DNA of 64,000 nt, taken from positions 369,687 through 433,686 of the forward strand of contig CBDIIG010000003.1 in NCBI GenBank assembly GCA_965279585.1, given 5' to 3'. Both the position numbers and the translations under genes were made by a program. Shown piece after piece: positions 25,063-38,317 of this stretch; the first letter of the stretch is position 1; every line of letters begins with the position of its first letter. The notes under the pieces are model-generated. The model worked only from the letters and a program-made list of their open reading frames with translations, was not told where the DNA came from and made no database searches. Source of the stretch: Sediminibacterium sp. (GTDB taxonomy: Bacteria > Bacteroidota > Bacteroidia > Chitinophagales > Chitinophagaceae).

Positions 25063-25953
25063 ATGTAAATATTATTGGTATTCTTGATAGGCTTGACAAT
25101 AGGCTAAGAAGAGATCTATTGCTCTGGCTATCTAAAATGGCCTAAAGGAGTCGATCAGAATTATGAGTCAATTTAAATTGTACTCCTAGAGGGATAAAAA
25201 ATATAATCATCAGCTGATATTGCAGATAATGGGTTTTACAGAATACTTATACCATCTAAAGCCAATTACGATTTATATGTTAAGACAACAAATCCCAGAA
25301 TATAAGCAACACCATCATAACTAACATTAAATTTTGCCTCTAAAACATAGGATTAAGTTTAGCAGATATGTTAAAAGTAAAACAACTTCCAATTAAAATT
25401 ATTGGATGAAGCTGTAATTCTCTAAAAGGAAGAAGCATAAGAAACTCCTAAAAAAAATGAATAAGTCTAATTACACGTGCCAGAAATTTTCAGAATTAGG
25501 GGCTAATTATTATTTGAGGGTAATTTCACAGATGAGGATATCTAACAATATAATGTTAAAACTATCTAATTATTAGACTAAGCAGATGGTAATTTTTATC
25601 ATTTATTAATTTAGAACCTATAAAGGATGTAAGAACATTAGCATTCAAACGATATTTTGAAGCAAGTATACTTTACAGAGCAGATGTTAAATTAAAAATT
25701 ACTGTTTAGAGAGATAAATAGAGAGGAGAATAATAACCAAAGGTGTATGAATTTCAACAAGATATAGCTTCACACCAAATCCATAATTAAATTGTAATTT
25801 TTTTATTTTTATTTTTAGATAACTTTTAAAATCTAAAATGAATTCTAATAAAAAAATAATAATAAGGTGGGATAAGTATTAGCACCTTTACTTATATTTA
25901 TAGTTGTTATTCTAATTGTTAATTTTGATAAATTATAAAAAAAGAAGAAATGA
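25063..25953 (+). CDS. Single-pass membrane protein with NOMO-like N-terminal beta domain
   Basis: Signal peptide MQILLVFLIGLTIG; YCSGYLK...IQIVLL...DNGFYRILIP...YDLYVK; C-terminal TM LAPLLIFIVVILIV plus KKKK. Confidence 0.55.
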
Positions 25954-25957
25954 GTTA

Positions 25958-27290
25958 TCATAAATCATCTAAATATGTTGCAAAATCTAAACTACTAAAC
26001 ATAGGTTTAAATTATATATTCCCTGATATGACAGAATCAAACCAACTTTATAATTATCCTTATTCAATTTTCCCTCCATATAGAGCATACCTTTCTTTTT
26101 TTGGTTTTACCACTACTAATGCTGGGAAATTATCAATGTCATCGAATAAATCTGAATACATTATCTTTTTCTTGTCAACATAGTAGAACATGAATTTATC
26201 TTTATGATATAGACTTGCTAACTCATCTAAAAGATCTCTGTATTCATTATTATTTTCTGTTATCAACAATACACATATGTTTGGATCCTTTTTTTGACAA
26301 TGACCCATCTTAATAACTCCAGTGCTTAGTTCTCTTGCCGTGGTTTATTTTTACATTTTCTTAGGTTAGTATGCATACTCTCTCAAAAATTTCATAATCT
26401 AATCTTTCTTGAAATCATTTGATTCATACACAACACCTTGATACTCTACAGGATTAGTTAAAACCATTAAAGTAGGAAATCTCTCTATCTTAAATTTTTC
26501 AATTAGTTCTTGATCACTCTCTCTGATTTATCCAAATATAAGTTTCCCTTTTAACTCTTTAGACAATACTCTCAACAAAGGTGGAGTTGATTTTTTATTT
26601 GAGAAAAGTAATACAATATGCAATTCTTATTTGATAAAATCCTGATAAGTTGAAGTAGTGACTAAACTAACGAAACTTTCCATGAATGAGATTGCAAATT
26701 TGGCGAATTTCTCTTGATTTATACTATCTTCATATTTTGTGGGTTATTATCTAATATTTGCTGGGAATGCAAGTACAGAAGGTAATTCATATTATTAAAA
26801 TTCATCATCACAAATTGCATCTTCAGATGCACAATTGATAGCAGCAACCTTAAAAATACCATAATACTTAGTTGCTAACTAAGTCCAAATGTCTTTATAA
26901 ACTTATGCACTATTATCATTTCTATAAAATAGAATTAACCAAACATGATCTCGCCTAAAGAATCTTGACAAGCCTGGCATATCAATTTCGTAAACTTCAG
27001 TATTCTAAAACATGGATTACTCAATCTATGGTTTCCTTTAACCTTATCCAAAAAATTATGAAAAAATATCATTGTAGTTATTTCCTCTTGAATCTTGAAA
27101 ACAAATAGTGGAATAAATTTACTTTGTTGTTGTTAGTGTTAATTTAAACCCTCTTCTCCATATTTATCATAAATTTTTCTTTATTCAGGATCTTTCAAAA
27201 CTTCATAAGCATTTACAATTTTTTGAAATTATTCTTGGGCCTATATATGATAAGATTAATTACCACTTAACTTTAAATACTATAATCCAT
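25958..27290 (-). pseudogene. DnaJ plus thioredoxin-like ER co-chaperone (DNAJC10/16-like), 5'-truncated
   Basis: AQEQFQKIVNAYEVLKDPEQRKIYDKYGEEG is the second half of a J domain and is followed by Trx-like folds. The signal peptide, helices I-II and HPD motif are absent. It could be an assembly artefact rather than a true pseudogene. Confidence 0.65.
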
Positions 27291-27481
27291 CAGCAAAGGC
27301 AGTATTTGATGATTGCACGAATACAACATTGAATCACGATATCCTTGCAGTAGGATATACTGATTCTTACATTATAGTAAAGAATTCATGGGATAAAGAT
27401 TGGGGAATAGATGGATACATTCACTTAGCTAGAGGCAAAGATACTTGTGGAGTACTTTAGGATTTAGTTATTGTTGAATGA
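27269..27481 (+). pseudogene. C-terminal fragment of a papain-family (C1A) cysteine protease
   Basis: NFKYY...VFDDC...[10 protein letters not shown]...[28 protein letters not shown]; no prodomain, catalytic Cys or start codon upstream. Confidence 0.8.
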
Positions 27482-27535
27482 TATTTTTTATTTCTATTTT
27501 TTGTAAATAAAATTTTTAAAATATTTTTTTTTAAT

Positions 27536-30500
27536 ATGAATGACAAATTTGAATAAATGAGAACAAACCTAAGAAATTAGGAGAAGGAGAGAAAATAAAG
27601 ATAAGATGAATAGGAAAGATTAAAAAAGGAGCAATAATTACTAGAATAATAATAAGCTTAAAAATAAAAAGAAGAAGATGAAAGAAAACGTCGAGATGAA
27701 GAATAGAGACTTAAAAAGAAGGAATAAGAGAGATAACTAAAATAAAAAATTAGAACAGCATGGGAATTTAGATATTATTAAGGGATTCAAGATTGTTTAG
27801 ATTCATTAGAGCATTTTGATAACAGTATGAAATCAGGATTAAAGTTAATTAAATTTATGGAACAATTTAGAGAGGAAGCATTCAACACAGTAAAAGAGCT
27901 GATATGTGAATTATTAGATAGGTAAGTTAAGAAAGATCAAAAAACAGAAAGTCAATTCAATATGGATTAAGCGGATTAAAAGAAAGTATAACTCTTATTT
28001 CCTTTAGACAATATTTACTAAAAGGCAAAACAAAGAAGCAGATGTAATCCAAGAATATTAGGAATAGTTAAGTGATTGCTTTGAAGGAAAATTTACTTTT
28101 AAGAAAAATAACATGATCATAAATATTGCAACATCAACTTTAGAGGATCATACAATGGCAATTAAGATGAAAACTAACTACTTTAAATCCCTGAAAAATC
28201 AACTAACTATAGTCTAATAGTTTAATGAATATGTTTATTATCAGACATAAGTTCATTGTTCCTAAAATAAGAGGCAGATATCAGATGAATTCAAATCACT
28301 GGATTATTTGAATGATATGTGCTTCACAATCAAGTAATAGGATAGAAATTTTCGTTTAAAAGTACCACTAGCCTGTATAGTGGAATATTTAGGCTTTAAG
28401 GCATTAGTAGTAGCTCAACCTCCCAGCAATTTAGATGAGACAACATTGGTTTATGGACTACAGAAAAATGAAAACTATAAATAAGAGAAAAGTGGATCTA
28501 AATAAGAAAGAGAACTTGAGAGCTTAGGGAGATATCTAGCAATTAAACCTCACTTTTTCTCAATTTAAAAAGATAAGAGATTCGGAATATATCTATCTAT
28601 ATACACAGAAATTCATGCTGGAAGATATGATGAATTTCAATAATTGAAATCATAACTGAAAATGTTCGAAAATGAAGATCCAGATAATGGGGATAGAAAA
28701 TAAACAGGGATATTTTATTTGAATAAGACTAAAGAGCTGCTTCCAGTATTAGCAGATGAACACTATTCAGAACTAGTTGAACTAATAAATTTAGCAAAAT
28801 CAACAGAAGATAATGATTTTGTGTCTGAGCCTACTCAATAGTATGAATTCCGAAGAGCTAGACCTGAATTTATACAATCATATTATGACTCTGGAGTATA
28901 AGGATATTTAAGATCACAATAATCAAATATGACTAGAAAATTATACAATCCAGATGCTTACGAATCAACTGAAGACAGTAATGAAATTTATTAGGATCAA
29001 CTTTCTCTGGCAGAAATGAGTAAGACTTATTTCAAATCGTATCTAATTGAATTCACTCATAAGCTTGATAATCTTGAGATATGTCCAATAGATTCATATA
29101 GCTTCAGAGAAGCATTTAAATTATATGGAATAAATATTTGCCATTTAGGACTAGTAGCCAAAGCTACATTAGTTCCTCACATCAGAACAATATGTGAACA
29201 AGAAATGATGGCAAGATCAATCAAGAACATATTTATGCAACATTTTACAGAATTCCTCACAAACATAACTGAAGATAATATTCCGCTTAAAGCACTCGAT
29301 GTAAGACCTAAAAAAGATGTTGATACTGATGAGGAACTTAAAAGATCCAATTTCAAAAAGTTTTCAATACTTGTTCCTCCTAAAATATCTTAAGAAAGAA
29401 CCCCTACATCTGATTATATTGAAAATGAATTCAAAGAAATGTTATTGGACCTTTTAAACATGGTTTTTTCGAAAAATACTCTATTTTATGAATAGATACT
29501 ATTTAAGTAAGTTTATCATGATTTTAACTATGATTTATAAATTACAAAATGGGGAATATGCCCTGGTGGGCTCTTGATGTCCATCATGCAAGTATTTAAA
29601 ATAGATGTATTGTTCGATCCATTTGAAATATTTTTAAGTACTCCATATCCCTATTTTGAATAAGAGCAGGTCATTTAAAAATATGGAATAAAGTAATACT
29701 TGCATTAAAAATCTCATTAGATATATTTTAAAACATCCCAAATATAAGTCTAATAAACTCCATAATTAACACCTCAAGGTAGGAGGACTTTACTTAAGCC
29801 ATAGTAGAAAAAAAGAATGTTTGAATCTCAGTCAATTCAACAATTAAGGTTTGATGTTTAGAATTATAAAATGCAAGAAATAGATATATGTAAATTGATC
29901 AACAAATATAATCTGTTCAAATAATAAAAGAATTATACCCTTGCATTAAAAGTACTCTACATTAGATTGAATTTAATATCAGGCTTAGAGCACTCCTCGA
30001 ACATATCGTAAGCTAAATGTTTGATATATACTGATATTGCTGAGGTCTATTTGAGGACTTAAAAGCCATTTGAGTGCGTCTAAAAAGTTGCTTTAGCATT
30101 CCACTCAATAAATAATAGTTATCCATAAATCTCTGATTAAAGATAATCCTGTATTGGATTTATATAATCTATAACTAATTTAGCTAATAAATTTCAACCT
30201 CGTTCAATCTATATAAGGCCACTCCTAATATTATTAGAGATTAGTACAGAATTCTTCCAAGATTTGACTTATGAGGTCTTTGATTTACTTATTTTTGTGC
30301 TCGAGTTTTGTTTTGGTCATCAACATCACTTATATGCAAAGGTTTTTCATATCATGGCTTAATATTTTCTAAAAATTGGAAGATTAGAGGATGTTTCTAT
30401 AATGTAAAATATGTAAATAGTCTGTCTAATTCAAACATTGGGGCATTAACATCAAATGACGGCTGATACTTATGTAATGATCGGCGACTCAAAACCCTCT

Positions 30501-31300
30501 CCAGAGGATAAATTAATATATTATGAAAAAGCTTACTATATTTATGAAACTATATTTTCAGAAAATAGTCCCTTTGTAGCATTAATTTAAGCAAAGCTTG
30601 CTCGAGCCTTTTCTGATTGTGGTAAAATGTAGGATGCCATAAAATTAAGTTAAGCAGCAGTCAAGAATCTTAAAGGATAGGATCATTTGTTAACCATACT
30701 AGAGATGTAATTGATTAAAGCACTTAATTATCTAAGAAATACTTAGAGAGATCAAAGTAGGAAAGAATGTGAAGAATTCTTTAATATCATCATCAGTAAT
30801 TGGGATTACATCTAAGAAAGTCAGGAATAAGATGTGATGGAAAGGGATTTATCATAATTACCACCTGAAATATCCCTTTTAATTAGAGAAATTTGTAGAA
30901 TTTATGTAGAAATCTTTTTATTTGAAATTCAAAAGGAACATAGAAATTTCTTATTCTAACTATTTGATTAAGTTGTCGAATAGTGGGCTAGATAAAATTA
31001 ATTAGAGTTTTATGATTAAAATTGTATTTTTTATTTTCTTTATTTTAAGATCTTTATTCGATCATATTTATATTGAAGAAAGTAAGATAATTTGGGATAA
31101 TTTAAGCCTTTTTAGAAAATATGCTCAGTGGTTTTGTTGATAAAACAGGTGGTGATGCAAATTATCTTATTTTCAATTTTAAGAATTAAACATAAGACTC
31201 AATTAAGGAAGCATTAGAAAGTTATGAAAATATCATTATTACTGTAGATAGAAAATTAATGTCTAGAATATTTGAAAAGGTTATGATATCATAAATATGA
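27536..31300 (+). CDS. CLU (clustered mitochondria)-domain protein with N-terminal coiled coil and C-terminal TPR-like region
   Basis: VEYLGFKALVVAQ, RARPEFI, NPDAY, LDNLEICPIDSYSFREAFKLYGINICHLG, QEMMARSIKNIF. Confidence 0.8.
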
Positions 31301-31321
31301 CAATCTTTAAAATAAAATAAT

Positions 31322-32063
31322 TCATCTATCCTCTAGAAGAGGTTTTTCAAGTTCTGATAAATATGAAGCAGCTCTTTAAGGTTTATCATCAACTTATTTT
31401 CCTTCTTTTATTATTTCCTTTTATGGGATTAAAGTCTTCATTTTAACTTCAAAATGATGCACACAAAAAATATCTGGTGATACAAAACTTATAGATTTTA
31501 AAGTTGTGTCTGATTGAAAGAATTATCCAAAAGCCTTAACTAAAATATCCGCCATTACCTGAAAATATATATTTAAATTACTTATCTAGGAAATCCAAAA
31601 TATTTTACTCCTAGAGCATCTAAACAAATTGATGGGATTCTTTAAGATTTCAGCCAACCTACCAAATCAAATAATATTGATTCTAATATTGTAATCTCAT
31701 TATTGTGTCCTCCTTTCCATAGAGGCAAAGGTAATAAAATGAAATTCTTAACTTATTGAATGGGATATAATTTTCCAACTTCTAATTACCCATTCTCTTC
31801 CCTCAATAAATTATTATGTTGTTCTCTTAAATTGAACTTTATGAATTAAATATTAATACTTTATCTAATAAGGCTTTATTATGTATCTTTCCTCTAGTAT
31901 CTACAGCAATTATATAAGTATCAGATTCAACTTCTTGAAGTTATCTATTCTCTACAGTTAGATTCGTGGATCCTGTAATCTCAAGTCTATCTTTAGCAAC
32001 TTCTTCTCCGACAGCACTCTCGGTTAATGTCTTTGATTTTTCTGAAGGACAACAACAACCCAT
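31322..32063 (-). CDS. Hypothetical protein with acylation-type N-terminus (MGCCC)
   Basis: Open code-6 frame with short introns and TGA at 31322; no family recognised. Confidence 0.6.
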
Positions 32064-32140
32064 ATTAAATTAAATTTTTTTTTGTTTTATTAGATTGAAT
32101 AAAAACAAATTTAAAAAAATATATAAAAGAAAAAAAAAAA

Positions 32141-32677
32141 TCATTTCTTTACCCATGCTTGAATATGGAATTCTTAGGGTAATTTAAATAAAGGTTTTGT
32201 TAAATTATTCTTTATAGGACGAATATTTTTTGTCGAATCTTTTCCAAAACTCCAATTTTATTCGTTTTAACGTTCTAGTGTATCGAATCTCTGTAATGGT
32301 GTTGCAATTGTGGGTAATCGTGTTTGAGGTATTGGCTCAACAGTTCTTGGAGGATGGAATTTGGTTCTTGAACCACGATAAGATGCATTCTCTAGCAATT
32401 TACCAATCAGGTTATCCTTCCTCTTGTTCTCTAACTTCAAGTTCTCATTCTATTTCTTTAAATAACTAATCATATCTTATTCAGGACTAATCAAACGGGG
32501 ACTTTGAAAATAGTCTTTTATGCTTTTGTTGTTAGTTTCGGTGTGCTTTGTGATATTTTTGTTTAAGAAAAACTCTGCACCACCTCTTTTATGTTTACTA
32601 ATAGGGCTCTCACTAAGAAATCCAATACCACCATCCCTTGTATCTTTGGTGTTGCGTCTCTCTCGAAACTCAAACAT
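32141..32677 (-). CDS. Hypothetical basic protein with short coiled coil
   Basis: MFEFRERRNTKD...LKKQNENLKLENKRKD...AWVKK-TGA. Confidence 0.55.
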
Positions 32678-32689
32678 ATTAAAAAATAT

Positions 32690-35600
32690 ATGATAAATAT
32701 AATTGGATTTGTTCCCGCATTAGTTGTTTAGTACTTAACATCTAAGTAACCAACAACACCTGATAAATAGAGTTTTAAATCAGTTGTTATGTTTGCAGAC
32801 ATATCTGGGTTTACTAATTTGACTGAACGATTATCTAAGATAGGTAGAATAATAATTTTTTTAATAATTATAGGTCCCGAAGGAGCTGAACTAATTGCAT
32901 TTGCTATCAATAGATATATGGAATTACTTGTATCAGCCATCAATAAAAGTGGAGGAGACATATTCAAATTTGCAGGAGGTATTCTATATGATAAACTTTA
33001 GATGCCATGATTGTTGTTTGGCCTCCATCCACAAAAACTGGAAGAGTAGAATAATACGAGGAACTTAAAACAATTTGTAGACAAGCATTATAGTCAGCAT
33101 TAGACATTTAGTAAAAATTAGATAATACTACTATAATCGAAGATATAAAACTATCAGTCAAAATAGGCTTTGGGATAGGTGATATGAGTATTATATATGT
33201 TGGAGGTGTGTTTGGTAGAAGTGAATATCTTGCAACTGGAGATCCACTTACATAAGCATTTTAGAGCGAGCACTAAGCAACGTCTGGTGGTTAAATTATA
33301 ATTTCCCAATAAGTCTATGAAATGATATCTGATTACTTTATATTTGAACGAGATGAATCGTTAAAACCAAATTTTTATCGAGTAACTAAGCTAATATCGA
33401 ATTTCAAAGTTAAATTTAAAGCAGACGCTCTACTAATTAAGAATAACATAGTCAATTTTGATGCATTTAAACAATAAATACTGATGTACATACCTGCAGC
33501 TCTATTGCCATATATAGAAATTGAATAAGAAAAATGGTGTTCAGAAATAAGAAGAATAACAATCTTATTCATAAATTTAGGAATTGACTTAAGTGATGCA
33601 TCAACATAAGATGGCTTAATGAGAATATAAAAGGTAATAGAAATAGTATAAAAATGTGTGTACATGCATGAAGGTTCATTGAATAAACTATTGATGGACG
33701 ATAAGGGATCAACTTTAATTGTCTGTTTTGGATTACCACCCCTAAAACATTAAGATGATTCCGCAAGAGCAATATTGGCATCGTAATAGCTTGTGGAATA
33801 TTTATAAAGAATAAATTGTGGTTGCAGTATTGGAATTGCAACTGGGTTGGCTTTTACTGGAGTGGTCGGAACTGCTGGATCCAGAAGAGAATACTCAGTA
33901 CTAGGGGATTCTGTTAATTTAGCTGCTAGGTTAATGTAATCAGCTATGCAAGAAAAATAATAAATCTTACTGTGTGAAAATACTGCTCAAACAGCTTAGC
34001 ACAAAATTGATTGCTCTTTATATAAAGAACTTCCTATGAAAGGAAAATCAGGTCTAATACCTTTTTATGTTATAAAGAAGGATTAGAGAATCCTAAAAAC
34101 TCATTTTGATAAACTTGCATTAGAGAGGATGAAAATAGATGAAAATAATTTACCAATAGTGGGGGAATAAAAGAGCGTCAGATAGATCAAAGAATTGATA
34201 CAGAACTTTCTAGATCAAGATAGTTAAGGTGCCATATCACTAAGAGACATGGATACTGAAAGAGATTTTCTTTTAGTGAAAGGAAGTTTTGGTATTGGTA
34301 AGACTTTTATAATGAGATCAATAATTAAAGAGATTGAAACTCAATAATAATCATCCTACAAATATGGGGATAATGTTAAATTTATTTGTGTATCATTAAA
34401 TTCTATTGAGAGAACGTTTAGAATGAATGGAGTTAGAAAGGTCATAAAATAATTAGTACCTCTCATAAAAACTGAAATGACCTTATAAGAAATAATCGAA
34501 TATACAGGATAGGAAAATACACAATGCATAGATTTATTTGAGGAGATTCTGGGTTTAAAAGAGAAAGATCTTGTTGCTGAATTTCCATACAAAATGGAAC
34601 AATTTGACAAATAACACGATAAAGGAATTGCCAGTGCAATTATTAAGCTATTTGAAATGTATTTTGAAGAAAAACTAATAAAGAAAAGTAAAAAGTACCG
34701 GAAAATATCAATATCAATTGATTAAGGTGTAGAAGAATATTCAGATTCTGATTCATCATAGAAAAGCCATTAGTCATTTATTGTTGAAGGAGAAAGAGTA
34801 TCTCCCATAGTTATTTGTTTTGATGACTTTTAATACTATGATAGTCTATCTTATTACATAATTAAGAATATCGTTAAGAAATTTAGTCGAGTCTTCGTTA
34901 TAGCAATAACTAGAGATTAATTTTGGGAAATTCCAATTTAATCTAGAAAAGACCATAATCATCAACCAAATAAATAATAAGAGTAGATATATGATAGAGG
35001 GTTAGAGATGATTGCCAAATCATATAATGTTAATACTCATGAAGTAAGCATAAAAGGATTGACAATATAGAATAATAAAAACTTTGATTAAAAATAATTT
35101 CTACTGTTGTATTTTGGGTTTAATAAGTTTTAAAAAGAATAAAGATGCTTAGTTGCTAGTATGGTGCATAAATTTGATCATTTATTATTTACAGAAACCA
35201 GAAACCTACTTATAAATAAGAATTTTTCCTCATATATGCACTATTATCTCCATATTAAAACACATGGTCATCCATTACTGTTATTGCATTTAATTTAAAA
35301 CTTAATTGAATCAGGCTATTTTGCAATAGATCAATCATCCTAAACTGCTATTGTAACTTAAGAACTGTAAGATTTAATGTAATCAGACTAATTTATTACA
35401 ATATAGGCTCCACTTGCTTCACAATAAATTAATTCATCCATTATAGATTCATTATCTTGTTTACAAGTACTCTTATTAAAATGTGCATCAGTTATCGGTG
35501 ATATATTCGATGTCTAAACACTTTATAAAATTATAAATATTCGACAATTAAATCAATAGAGGATGTTATTATAAATAAAATCCTTAACTGCTAAAGATGT

Positions 35601-36766
35601 AATCGAATATATGCATGGAGATGGAGATAATAGATATTATCGATTTGTAAACCCTTTTATGAGAGATGTAATTTATTAAAGAATGATTTACTCATAAAGA
35701 AGATAACTTCACGCTTTGGTGGCTGAGCAAATGTAATTAATTCCTCAACCATATGAATATGACGATATGAAGGATTTTAGAAAGCTTGAGTTTCATTGGA
35801 AGATATCTGAGACAAGAGTTTCTCTATAATCTGTTAAGCCAATAAAATATTCATCTAGAGCAAAAAAGTCGTTAATAGTCAAGTAAATACAAATGTTAAC
35901 AAACAATAATGATCCAAAAGTGATATTAAAGAGAGGATACTTTTACAAAAGATCAGATAAAGGAGTCTCATGGTAATACAGATTTTGTGTGATAGATAGT
36001 GTAGAGATGAGATATTACATTAATGATGGAAATAAGGAACCAGCAGGCATATTGCCACTCAAACAGATAACTTGTGTTCAACCTATTTACGATGATGTTA
36101 AGAAACCTGATCATTCTCCATATGGATTAAGAATCACTATTTCAAATTGGATTAAGAAAGATAAGGAAAAAGAGACACGAGTGTTTTATTTTGCATCTCG
36201 ATTTGAAGATGAATTAGAGGAGTGGGCTATATATTTAGAATTTGCTAAAGCTAATGCCATATATTTGGATTTCGTATATAATTGTGGCAAAATACAATTT
36301 CCAATAATATTGTAATAAGATGCATTCGATCCCCATCTAACAATATTAATTTAGGAAATGTAAAAGTAGAATAAGAAAATTGTTGAATAGGAGCCACCTA
36401 AAAGGGTTAAAAAGCAAAGTGGCAACATTTATACTCCTCAAAACAAAACAGAAACAAGAATATCATAATAAGTTCCTGCAATAGCAATTAAGAGATTTTC
36501 TGTACGATTTAGTGCTCTATCTGAATAGGATGATAGCTTCACTTACTAAAGTTTGAAAGATAAAACAAAAGAATTCATAAATAAATCTATGATGTTACTA
36601 ATTGCACATTTAATAACACATTAAGAAGAAGTTGAATAATGTTATTTAGGATAGATGACGAGATATATTAGGAGATATTAAAGGTATTATAAATATTTTA
36701 TTACAAAGGCATTTCGTCACCAGCCTATCCTAAATTCCATCATTAGCTGATTTTTAATTATAGTGA
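32690..36766 (+). CDS. Soluble-type (ADCY10/sAC-like) class III cyclase with two cyclase domains, STAND P-loop NTPase and PH domain
   Basis: FADISGFT, DIFKFAGDAM, MDDKGSTL, EYSVLGDSVNLAARLM; Walker A GSFGIGKT; LLKCASVIGDIF; PH domain KRGYFYKRSDKG...FYFASRFEDELEEW. Confidence 0.88.
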
Positions 36767-36777
36767 TATTTATATTT

Positions 36778-38215
36778 ATGTAATCAAATGAACAAAAAAA
36801 GGCTCTTAAAAAATAATACAATGACAAGCCTAAGAATTCAAGATCATAGAATGTTGTGCCTTAAGTACCAAAAGGAATGCTTTCTATGAATAGCCAATAT
36901 AAAGCAGATAAAAATGCAAAATTATCTGAGACAGGTATATTTAATTTCTATATTAAATAATAGACACAACAGATATAACACACTATAATTTAAACTATTC
37001 TAATAGACTTTAACACTAATTATAGATTGAACACATTGATCTGAATTCATTTAAAGTTCAGCCATGTAAGATCCAAGGAACTCATAGCCATAAACACTGT
37101 CCCTTCTATCACAATTAGAAAGATAAGAAAAGGTAATTTTTAGTTATTTAAAATTATAAAGGGTGGGAATACAATATTCAGCTGAGATGTGTACATAAGT
37201 AGAAAGAAACTAAAATTGTCCATATCAAGACAATTGTCATAAAGCACACAATAGGGTTGAATAACTATATAGATTGGATAACTACAAGACTAAATTTTGT
37301 AGTTTTTATCCAAACAATCTACAATAGTGTGATTATGGAAAATTTTGCTCATTCGCACATTCCGAAGAAGATATTGTTATAGAACTCATCCATAACCTAG
37401 ATTACGATGATGATTTTTTCATGTTTTACTATAAAACTGTATGGTGCCCATTTAATCTTACGTCACATGATAAGGTATTTAAAAAAAACAACTTTTTTTT
37501 TCTTAAAAAAGGCCCTTTGTGTATATGCCCATAATTGGTAAGACTTCAGAAGGAAACCACACATATATTAATACAATCCCATACCATGTTAGAATTGGAA
37601 AACTGCAGATTTCATTACTGAGTATCACAACGGATGTGCAGACTCATTTAACTGTATGAAGTGTCATGGATGGAAAGAACTTGAATATCATCCAATGTTA
37701 TTTAGAACTAAGCAGTGTATTAACCAAAACTGCAATAAGAATGATTGCTCTTTCTTTCATAACCAATAGGAGAGAAGACAAATAGACCAGTTATCACAAT
37801 ATAGAGTTTTTAAAATTGTTCCACGAAATAGGATAATTTAAAATACATTCAAAACTAGAGATTCGTCTAGTCAAAGAAGTGATAAATATACGCGTTCATA
37901 AGAGATACCAAGACATACAAGTGGTGATGGATAGTCATAATGGTTAGGAGGACATAATCTATAAAATAGTTTCTATATGGATTAAGATTCTGATGTTAGT
38001 GATATGAAATAATAATCTTAAACTAAAAAAGGCAATTATTAATCTACTCTTGTTTGTATATAAGAGAGAACAGGTATTTTTATTTTATCTTAATCATAGA
38101 TTCCGATGAATTAAAAGAATTAATGAGAAAAAAATCATTATCGTATATGGATGATAAATTAGATGCTGACAATGAACATGTAATAAATGTATTACGTATG
38201 ATCGATCTAGACTGA
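36778..38215 (+). CDS. Tandem CCCH zinc-finger RNA-binding protein (Unkempt-like)
   Basis: FKVQPC...HKHCPFYH; C...CHKAHNRVEQLY; YKTKFC...CSFAH; YKTVWC; CMKCHGWKELEYHP. Confidence 0.88.
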
Positions 38216-38317
38216 TATATAACAAATTTGAATATATGAATTTTAAATTTAAAAAAATAAAAAATAGTAAAAAAAAATTATAATTTTACAACAAAAAAAG
38301 AAGAAAAAAAAACATTT

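Noticed and set aside
24905-25099. 64-aa minus-strand ORF as an independent gene
   Set aside because: Only MSMGWLTE...NSS is real (exon 1 of the CCDC174-like gene). The rest is upstream DNA and intron read-through.
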